Assembly: GCA_030167145.1 (NCBI GenBank)
Contig: CP126532.1
Location: 2,820,001 to 2,852,000, forward strand
DNA from: Ktedonobacterales bacterium
GTDB lineage: Bacteria > Chloroflexota > Ktedonobacteria > Ktedonobacterales > JADMIN01
Length of the DNA: 32,000 nt
Direction of reading: 5' to 3'
Shown: one piece after another, positions 1 through 5,985 of the stretch
Numbering within the stretch: position 1 is the first letter of the stretch
Layout: every line of letters starts with the position of its first letter
Program-made: the position numbers and the translations under genes
The notes under the pieces: generated by a model
The model's database searches: none
Told to the model about the DNA's origin: nothing
The model's input: only the letters and a program-made list of their open reading frames with translations

Positions 1-273
1 GCTGTAGGCGCTGCTGGTGTAGGAGCCAATGTCGAGCAGCAGCCCGAGGCCCACCCAGAACCAGCCCCATCCGGTGACGCCGAAGGGGGCCGACCAGACG
101 AGGACGTACATCAGGGTGGTGAACGGTAGGAAGATGATGCCAAGCAGTGGCACGATGAAAACGCTTTGGAAGGCGCGGCTCACCAGTGGCGTGAAGATCC
201 AGGTGAACAGCAAGACGAGGCGTGGGAAGGTGGCTGCTCCGAGCGCGAAGAGGCACCCACAACCGAGTGGCAT
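1..273 (-). CDS. small integral membrane protein; 3' end cut by window edge
   Basis: ATG is the reverse complement (rc) of 271-273, with AGGAGG (rc of 283-288) 9 nt upstream. The frame stays open to nt 1 (91 codons): MPLGCGCLFALGAATFPRLVLLFTWIFTPLVSRAFQSVFIVPLLGIIFLPFTTLMYVLVWSAPFGVTGWGWFWVGLGLLLDIGSYTSSAYS, about 3 hydrophobic helices. Hand-translated; absent from the ORF track because it runs off the edge. Confidence 0.6.
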   Translation of the reverse strand, partial: MPLGCGCLFALGAATFPRLVLLFTWIFTPLVSRAFQSVFIVPLLGIIFLPFTTLMYVLVWSAPFGVTGWGWFWVGLGLLLDIGSYTSSAYS

Positions 274-439
274 AGTTGTTTCCCTCCTGAACTCCCATCA
301 TCCTGTGGTTACGAGACCGCTGTGTGGAACAGCCGCATGCGGTTTGGGGCCGGGATGAGCGCTGACTCTAGCTCCCAATGGGGAGGGAATGGAGCAGAGC
401 TATCCCGGCGTTACTGCTGTGCGCGCCCACCTGTGTGCG

Positions 440-979
440 CTAGTGCTGGACTGTAGGCCCAGTGGACGGCTCTTCTGAGGTGAGGTCGGCGAGCACCTCG
501 CTGTACGCGGCCAGCGATTCTGGCTGGACGAGACCCTGGGCAAGCACGACGCCGCCCGCGCTCATGAGGGCGTCTTTCAGGGCGACGGCCCAGTGATGCT
601 CGAAGAGCACCATGAGAACGGTCTTGCCGGCGGGAATGTCGCGTGCGATGTCCTGGATGTCGGTGTCGGAGAGGCCGAAGTTTTGGTCGGCGAAGGCTTC
701 GGCGCCCATCTCGGCGCCAAGTTCTGCGCCTTCTTCGCCCCCGGCGCTCATGCCGAGCAAACCGCCGACAACCGCGCCATAGGCCATGCGCTCGTCTTCG
801 GAGAGATCGGAGGCGCCGAGCGAGATGACGGTGCCATCGGGTTCTCTGCGGATGGCGAGGGCGTCGAGCACGCGGATGATGCCCTCATCGCTGACGTTGC
901 GTAACTCGGCGGCGACCTGGCCGCGCTGCTTGTCGTTGTCGAGGCCGATCATGACGAACTGTACGGGTCCGAGGGTCAT
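440..979 (-). CDS. conserved hypothetical protein, DUF6325-like (family recalled from memory)
   Basis: 179-aa ORF with AAGGAG 7 nt upstream of the ATG (rc of 980-995). Pattern is MTLGPVQFVMIG...IIRVLDALAIRREPDGTV, then a G/E/A-rich linker, then VLMVLFEHHWA...GGVVLAQG. This matches my recollection of two-lobed DUF6325-type proteins; not searched. Confidence 0.8.
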   Translation of the reverse strand: MTLGPVQFVMIGLDNDKQRGQVAAELRNVSDEGIIRVLDALAIRREPDGTVISLGASDLSEDERMAYGAVVGGLLGMSAGGEEGAELGAEMGAEAFADQNFGLSDTDIQDIARDIPAGKTVLMVLFEHHWAVALKDALMSAGGVVLAQGLVQPESLAAYSEVLADLTSEEPSTGPTVQH

Positions 980-1177
980 GCTGTGTCTCCTTGTTCCTTA
1001 GCTGTTCCACAGTTGTTTCACAGTCGCGGCGGCCTACCGCTTAGACCGCTTTCCTTGTGTATTGCACGTTCCATGCCCCGTTTGGTTGCAGGGGTGTCTG
1101 CTGGACGCCGGTACGCCGTTTGGCGGAGGGCGGGCGCCGGATGCCGGTACGAACAGAGAGCGGCGTATCCGGCGGCA

Positions 1178-1200
1178 GGGCGTCCACCGGACGCCCCTAC
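1178..1200 (-). repeat. Rep-D: REP-like hairpin, minus-strand GTAG + GGGCGTCC-GGT-GGACGCCC
   Basis: Plus strand reads gggcgtccaccggacgcccctac: perfect 8-bp arms, 3-nt loop, GTAG head on the minus strand. Lies 18 bp downstream of the MFS stop (1218). A second copy is at 10094-10116. Confidence 0.65.
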
Positions 1201-1217
1201 ACACAGGGAGCGGACGG

Positions 1218-2507
1218 TTAGGCGGTGTGGACTGGCGCTCGTTGCGCTTCTGGTGTTCCTGCTGGCGCGGTGGGTTTGGGCAGATAGCGTTCGGCGTGGC
1301 CGAGGGCGGTGAAGGAGAAGGCGAGGGGGATCAGGAAGGTGATGATGCCGATGACAAAGTAGATGAGGGCGACATTGCCGGTTTGCTCGATGGCGAAGCC
1401 GCCGAGGAAGGCGCCGAGGGGGATGGCCGACCAGGCGAGCACGCCAGCGATGCTGATGACGCGGCCCAGCAGTTCGTTGGGGACGATGGCCTGGCGCAGG
1501 CTGCCGGTGTTGATGTTGAAGAGGATGCCGAGGCCGGAGGCGAGCGCCCAGAGCGGCAGGGCGACCCAGTAGGCGTGTTGGGTGGCCATGATGGCGGTGA
1601 TGATACCTTCGAGCATGAGCGCGCCAAGGGCAACGCGGCTGAAGGTCCAGCGTTTTCGGAGCAGGCCAGCAAGGAGCGAGAGGACGACGACACCGGCGCT
1701 GCCTGCCGCGAAGAGCCAGGCAACCTGGGCATTGTCGGCGCCAAGGCGGACTTTGGCGAAGACGACGAGCTGGGTGTAGACGGTGGTACCGAAGAAATTG
1801 ACGAGGGCCATCATGGCGGAAATGTTACGCAGTACGGGATGACGCAGGACGTAGCGCAGGCCGTCGGCGACATCGCGCAGGATGTGGGTGCGCTTTGGTT
1901 CGCCTGGTGCGGTGTTGAAGCTGGCGCGGATGAGGGTGAGGGTGATGGCGGAGAGGAAGAAGGAGATGGCGTCGAAGGCCATGAAGCTGGCGACGGGGAG
2001 GGCGGCGACCAGCGCGCCCGCGACGATTGGCCCCAGGACGGACATGGTGGAATAGCTGGCCTGGATGCGCCCGTTGGCGGTGACGAGGTCGTCCTGACCG
2101 GCGAGGCTGGGGATGGCGGCGAATTCGCAGGAGTTGAAGACGATGGCGAGAGTGGAGGCGAGGAAGCCGACGATGTAGATCCAGCCGACGGTGAGGATGC
2201 CAAGATGGGCGGCGACGGGGATGGAGGCGATGATGTAGGCGCGGGTGAGGTCGGTGAAGATCATCAGGCGCTTGCGGTTGACGCGGTCTACCCAGGCGCC
2301 GATGACGAGGCCGAAGAGGAGGTAGGGGACGAACTCGGAGACGGTGGTGAAGGCGAGGTTGAGCGCGGAGCCGGTGAGGTTATAGACCAGCAACGGCAGC
2401 GCGAAGAGGGTGACGGAGGTGCCGAGGTTGGAGACGCTCTGGCCGGTGAAGAAGATCCAGAAGTCGCGCGTGCGGCGGGACGTGGATGCTTTGGTGGCGG
2501 CTGACAT
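1218..2507 (-). CDS. MFS transporter (DHA3/EntS-like type)
   Basis: 429-aa ORF, about 12 hydrophobic helices. Basic N-terminus followed by FWIFFTGQSVSNLG. MFS motif-A-like GAWVDRVNRKRLM in the TM2-3 loop. Paralogous to 2550-3800 and 5986-7362. Confidence 0.9.
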   Translation of the reverse strand: MSAATKASTSRRTRDFWIFFTGQSVSNLGTSVTLFALPLLVYNLTGSALNLAFTTVSEFVPYLLFGLVIGAWVDRVNRKRLMIFTDLTRAYIIASIPVAAHLGILTVGWIYIVGFLASTLAIVFNSCEFAAIPSLAGQDDLVTANGRIQASYSTMSVLGPIVAGALVAALPVASFMAFDAISFFLSAITLTLIRASFNTAPGEPKRTHILRDVADGLRYVLRHPVLRNISAMMALVNFFGTTVYTQLVVFAKVRLGADNAQVAWLFAAGSAGVVVLSLLAGLLRKRWTFSRVALGALMLEGIITAIMATQHAYWVALPLWALASGLGILFNINTGSLRQAIVPNELLGRVISIAGVLAWSAIPLGAFLGGFAIEQTGNVALIYFVIGIITFLIPLAFSFTALGHAERYLPKPTAPAGTPEAQRAPVHTA

Positions 2508-2549
2508 CTTTCGCGATCTCCTCTCGTGGTGGGTGTCTCTGGTGCCGCC

Positions 2550-3800
2550 TCAGGCGCTTGCCTGGACGCGGGCAGTGCGAACGTGTGGGTTGAGTGTGGT
2601 GAGCAGGGCGAGCGCGAGCATGACGCCGAAGAGCAGGAGCACGGTGGGCACGGGGTGGATGGTTTGCAGCAGCACGCCGGTGATGGCAAAGCCGAGCGGT
2701 TGGAAGCCAAAGGCGACGAGGCGGAAGACGCTGTTGACGCGGCCTTGCAGTTCGTCGGGGATGAGCGAGAGGCGATAGCTGAACTGGACGACGTTGTAGA
2801 GCGGGCCGATGGTGGCTGATGCGAAGCCGATGAGGCCAAGGAGGATGGGATTGGGGGCGATGGCGTAGAGCGGCCAGAGCAGCGCCCAGAGCCAGACGGT
2901 GAGGATGATGGCAGGGCCAAAGCGGATACGCTGTTGCAGCGGCACGGCGAGCACGGATCCCAGAATCGCGCCCGCGCCTTCGATGGCAAAGATGAGGCCG
3001 ATGAGGGCGGGGGATGCGCCCATGCTCTGGGCGATGACGATGATGAGGAGAGGCGAGCCGGCGGTGACGAAGTTGAGGCCACCGGTGAGGAAGGCGATGT
3101 AGCGGATGAGCGGCTGACGCCAGAGCCAGGCGAGACCTTTGGCGATTTCGTGGCGCAGCCTGAGCGGGGTGCTGGCGCGCTCGCCCTGGAATGGTGTGCG
3201 AATGAGGAAGAGGGAGAAGACGGAGGCGGTATAGGAGATGGCGTCGGTGAGGAAGGGCAGGGAGTGGGCGATGGTGTAGAGCACGCCGCTGAGCGAGGGT
3301 CCGATCAGGCTGGCGGTGGCCTCGGTGGCTTGGTTCTGGGCGGTGGCGGCGGGGAGCTGGTCTTTGCGGACGACACGGGGCAGGCAGGCGACCTCGGCGA
3401 TGTTGAAGAAGACGAAGAGCGTGCCCTCGATCAGGGCGACGAGGTAGATCTGGAGGATGGTGAGGTGATTGAAGGCAAGGGCAAGGGGGATGCTGGCGAG
3501 GGCGAGGGCGCGTCCGGCGTCGCAGTAGATCATGACGCGCTTGCGGTTCCAGCGGTCTATCAACGCGCCGACGGGCAGGCTGAAGACGAGGTAGGGCACG
3601 GAGCGGAGCGCGCCAGCGATGCCGGCCTGGGCGGGGGAGCGCGTGATGAGGAGGATGAGCAAGGGAAAGGCGATGCCGGAGACCTGGGTGCCGACGGAGG
3701 AGATGGTTTGGCCGGACCAGAGGAGCATGTAGTCGCGGGTGCGCCAGAGGGAGCGGGGACGCTCGTGGGCGGGTTGTGTCTGCGCGACGGGGGTGCTCAT
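2550..3800 (-). CDS. MFS transporter (paralog of the 1218-2507 gene)
   Basis: 416-aa ORF, polytopic, motif A GALIDRWNRKRVM. Its ATG (3800-3798) overlaps the ArsR stop (3799-3797) as ATGA, implying translational coupling. Confidence 0.9.
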   Translation of the reverse strand: MSTPVAQTQPAHERPRSLWRTRDYMLLWSGQTISSVGTQVSGIAFPLLILLITRSPAQAGIAGALRSVPYLVFSLPVGALIDRWNRKRVMIYCDAGRALALASIPLALAFNHLTILQIYLVALIEGTLFVFFNIAEVACLPRVVRKDQLPAATAQNQATEATASLIGPSLSGVLYTIAHSLPFLTDAISYTASVFSLFLIRTPFQGERASTPLRLRHEIAKGLAWLWRQPLIRYIAFLTGGLNFVTAGSPLLIIVIAQSMGASPALIGLIFAIEGAGAILGSVLAVPLQQRIRFGPAIILTVWLWALLWPLYAIAPNPILLGLIGFASATIGPLYNVVQFSYRLSLIPDELQGRVNSVFRLVAFGFQPLGFAITGVLLQTIHPVPTVLLLFGVMLALALLTTLNPHVRTARVQASA

Positions 3801-4519
3801 GGGGCGCGGTCCTCGTCGTCCGGCTCTGCGTCCGGCTCTGCGTTCGGCTCTGCGTTCGGTTCGGCTGGCGAGGATGCTGATGGGGTGGGCGCTGGGGGGT
3901 CGCCTTGGAGGTAGGGAGGCGCGGTGTAGAGGGAGACGGCCAGCCCGAAGACCTGGCCGTTGGGGTCGTGTGGCTCGCGGACGAAGTCGTCTATGAGGGC
4001 GTCAATGCGGGCTTTGTATGCTTGGGCGCGCTCAGGACTGATGCGGGCATGAGGGAATCCGCCGGTGATGTCGGCGATGGGTTCGCCGAGGGCGGCGATG
4101 GCTTCGGCTAGCTCGTTGCTGGCGTCGTGAAGCATGCCGACGCCGAATGGGCGTTCGCCGATGACGTCGGCGGGGATGGCGAAGGTGAAGACGCGGGCGG
4201 TGCGGGTGTAGTATTTGGCGACGATGCCGCGGACGATGCGGCGGGCGACGACCTGGGCGAGGCCGGCGGCTTCGAGCATTTGCAGGTGGTGGCCGACGGA
4301 ACCGGGGGCAATGTTGAGGCGGTTGGCGATTTGTTTGGCGGTGGCGGGTGAGGTTTGGATGATGCCAAGGATGCGGCGGCGCACGGGGTCGGCGAAGACT
4401 TTGAATTGTTCGGCGGTGGTGATGGCGCGGCAGGGTGGGAGTTCGGGCATGTCTACGGGGACACTGTCGGGCAGAAGGGTGTTGGCGTCGAATGTGGTGG
4501 GTGCGGCGGGTGGGGACAT
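3797..4519 (-). CDS. ArsR/SmtB-family HTH transcriptional regulator with acidic repeat tail
   Basis: Internal ATG (rc of 4517-4519) of the 556-aa track ORF gives 240 aa. The winged-HTH signature is FKVFADPVRRRILGIIQTSPATAKQIANRLNIAPGSVGHHLQMLEAAGL. Upstream of this Met the long ORF is P/R/H-rich and runs through the IS remnant, so it is not credible. Confidence 0.9.
   Translation of the reverse strand: MSPPAAPTTFDANTLLPDSVPVDMPELPPCRAITTAEQFKVFADPVRRRILGIIQTSPATAKQIANRLNIAPGSVGHHLQMLEAAGLAQVVARRIVRGIVAKYYTRTARVFTFAIPADVIGERPFGVGMLHDASNELAEAIAALGEPIADITGGFPHARISPERAQAYKARIDALIDDFVREPHDPNGQVFGLAVSLYTAPPYLQGDPPAPTPSASSPAEPNAEPNAEPDAEPDDEDRAP
3821..3867. repeat. 12-bp tandem repeat (about 3.5 units) inside the ArsR 3' end
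   Basis: ccggctctgcgt / ccggctctgcgt / tcggctctgcgt / tcggttcggct. On the minus strand it encodes AEPNAEPNAEPDAEPD. Confidence 0.9.
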
Positions 4520-4560
4520 GGAGGTGTTTCCCTTCGGCTGAAATGGCGAGCGGATGCGGG

Positions 4561-4944
4561 TTATCTTCCGGCGATGCGGTCGGGGTAGGCGGTGGTGGCG
4601 CTGGGCCGTGTGCGCTGGTTGGTGGTGGAAGTAGAGACGATTTTGAGGGTTGGTTCGCGCCAGAAGCCAGTGCGGACCTGGGTTTGCAGGGTGTCGTGGA
4701 TGCGCTGCCAGACGCCTTCGAGACGCCAGCGGCGGTGGTAGTAGTGGACGGTGCCCCAGGGGGGCAGGTCGTGCGGGAGCTGGCGCCACTGACAGCCGGT
4801 GCGGGACCAGTAGAGGATGGCGTTGATGATTTCGCGGAAGTCTACGGCGCGCGGACGCCCACGGGGCTTGGCCGGGGGGATGAGCGGGGCGATGCGCTGC
4901 CATTGCTCGTCGGTGAGGTCGCTGGGATAGGGTGTGCGGTTCAT
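4561..4944 (-). pseudogene. IS5-family transposase, N-terminal fragment only (truncated IS remnant)
   Basis: ATG is rc of 4942-4944; 127 aa. MNRTPYPSDLTDEQWQRIAPLIPPAKPRGRPRAVDFREIINAILYWSRTGCQWRQLPHDLPPWGTVHYYHRRWRLEGVWQRIHDTL is the conserved DUF4096/HTH N-terminal region of IS5 (IS427/IS1031-type) transposases. Resemblance ends after GFWREPT. No DDE region exists in any frame before the ArsR start 41 bp downstream. Confidence 0.8.
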
Positions 4945-5079
4945 GGCGGGAGACTCCGGAGTAGTGAAGGGTACGTAATGAGCAAGATGTGTGGTACGTG
5001 CGACATGTCTTGTACGTGAGAGAAGAGTAGCACGAAATGATGGGGGATGCAAGGGGGTCGTTGTGGGTGTGGCAGCCTC

Positions 5080-5121
5080 GGCCATGAATGGCTGGAGCAC
5101 GGTGGGATGGGCATGAATGCC
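5080..5121 (+). repeat. Rep-A pair (ggccatgaatggctggagcac plus degenerate gggcatgaatgcc)
   Basis: The catgaatg core occurs at 5083-5090 and 5112-5119 (period 29). The first copy matches the Rep-A consensus CTCGCGGCCATGAATGGCCGGAGCAC seen at 6024, 9965, 9995, 12432, 27913 and 27949. Confidence 0.6.
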
Positions 5122-5165
5122 AGAGGGGCGGGAGTGGCCGGAGGGGCCGATGTGCGCATACGGGG

Positions 5166-5386
5166 CAGTTGCCGATTCTGCCGATTTTCGCGGTTGGGTG
5201 GGGGTGAATGACGGGAGGTGACGGGAGATGGGGGGACAATTTTCGCCGTTTTCGCCGCGATTTGGTGTTGGGAACGGTGGCCGGAGTTGCCGATTCTGCC
5301 GATTTTTCGATTTTGCCACTCGGACAGTTGCCGAAATGGCCGAAATGGCCGAAATGTGAGTTGCCGATACTGCCGATTTGTTGACG
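5166..5386. repeat. array of 9-bp-periodic GCCGAWWWN units (iteron-like) with four AGTTGCCGA heads
   Basis: AGTTGCCGA occurs at 5167, 5285, 5326 and 5359. Runs include gccgattct-gccgatttt, gccgattct-gccgatttt-tcgattttg, gccgaaatg x3 and gccgatact-gccgatttg. Also ttttcgccg x2 (5241-5258) and tgacgggag twice (5209-5217 and 5219-5227). Confidence 0.75.
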
Positions 5387-5387
5387 A

Positions 5388-5412
5388 GGGCAGACAGGAA
5401 TGTCTGCCCTAC
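5388..5412 (-). repeat. Rep-C: REP-like perfect palindrome, minus-strand GTAG + GGCAGACA-TTCC-TGTCTGCC
   Basis: Plus strand reads gggcagacaggaatgtctgccctac. Perfect 9-bp arms, 4-nt loop, GTAG head on the minus strand. Related copies are at 10229-10336 and 13702-13760. Confidence 0.7.
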
Positions 5413-5515
5413 TGCTGGAGTGACCGACGGAACGCTGGCGGTATATGATGAGCGGCTGATGTGGCATGGGTGGTCTTCCTTGTGGCGCATGTGGTGTTCG
5501 CCTGAGCCATGAAGA

Positions 5516-5557
5516 AGCGCCGCGCGGTTCCGTGGTGGGGAAGTGCGCGGCGCTTTG
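5516..5557 (+). terminator. GC-rich hairpin with flanking A/T tracts (terminator-like, orphan)
   Basis: AGCGCCGCGC (5516-5525) pairs perfectly with GCGCGGCGCT (5545-5554). Inner TTCC/GGAA pairing. Preceded by GAAGA and followed by TTTG. No CDS on either side to terminate. Confidence 0.35.
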
Positions 5558-5684
5558 CTCAAGCTGACCGGAGATGCGAGGGTAGTATAGTACATTCGTT
5601 CTGGTGGGGCAAGGAGCGAGGGGAGAGGTCTTCCACCGCTGCTCTCTGCGTGGGGGAGGAAAGAGCGGAGACGCGAGGCGAGGA

Positions 5685-5727
5685 GTGGCGTGGGGTGGCG
5701 TGGGGTGGCGTGGGGTGGCGTGGGGTG
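5685..5727. repeat. 10-bp tandem repeat GTGGCGTGGG x4 plus a partial unit
   Basis: Exact units at 5685-5694, 5695-5704, 5705-5714 and 5715-5724, then gtg. Confidence 0.95.
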
Positions 5728-5745
5728 GCGTGGGGTGATGGGCGG

Positions 5746-5775
5746 AATGCGGGCGTTGACCGTGAGGGAGGGGGC
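5746..5775 (+). promoter_or_regulatory. sigma70-like promoter (TTGACC - 18 bp - TGaTATGCT)
   Basis: -35 TTGACC at 5746-5751 and -10 TATGCT at 5770-5775, with an extended-10 TG at 5767-5768. Predicted TSS about 5782. Consensus match only. Confidence 0.4.
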
Positions 5776-5886
5776 GTGATATGCTGGCGGGACATCTCGG
5801 TGCGCTGGCGGGAGAACTGCACAGGGCGCGAGGTGGATACGGGGTGGCGAGGCGCTATCCCGCGTAGTGGCATGTCCGCGAATAGT

Positions 5887-5927
5887 GATGGTGAAACCAG
5901 CAATCCCCCCCGTGCGGTTGGGATTGC
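5887..5927 (+). terminator. intrinsic terminator / attenuator hairpin upstream of the MFS gene
   Basis: Perfect 11-bp stem CCAGCAATCCC (5887-5897) / GGGATTGCTGG (5910-5920), 12-nt loop, then ATTTTGG (5921-5927). Lies 59 nt upstream of ATG 5986. Confidence 0.6.
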
Positions 5928-5985
5928 TGGATTTTGGTGCTGTGTGCGAGAGGGTGCGTTCATTTTTATAGAATGGGTGGCAGGC

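Noticed and set aside
1062-2504. 480-aa G/D/E-rich ORF. Similar long ORFs occur at 2934-3914, 7735-9000, 10467-11129, 12063-12716, 15657-16871, 21382-22053, 23419-24549, 26457-27503 and 27007-28251.
   Set aside because: All are antisense or out-of-frame shadows of well-supported genes in GC-rich DNA. Their composition is extremely biased (G/E/D/A or P/R/S/T/H), with no recognisable motifs and no SD sites.
5218-5448. 76-aa Cys/Trp/Arg-rich ORF in the repeat island as a small Cys-rich peptide gene.
   Set aside because: The sequence is a direct translation of the 9-bp repeats (…GRNGRNGRN…), with no SD and no signal-peptide or leader features.
5560-5930. Possible RNase P RNA. The ~370-nt noncoding stretch starts aagctgacc and contains gggaggaaagagcgg, reminiscent of GAAGCUGACC… and GAGGAAAGUCCGG.
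   Set aside because: The universally conserved GAGGAAAGUCC is not matched and no ACAGAA…CCCGGCUUA-type CR-V is present. A 10-bp tandem repeat occupies the middle. The resemblance is coincidental.
5862-5985. In-frame ATG at 5862 that would extend the third MFS protein upstream through the terminator hairpin.
   Set aside because: The extension contains an AT-rich stretch with rare codons (ttc att ttt ata gaa), atypical for coding DNA here. It also spans a perfect 11-bp terminator stem. A noncoding leader is more parsimonious.
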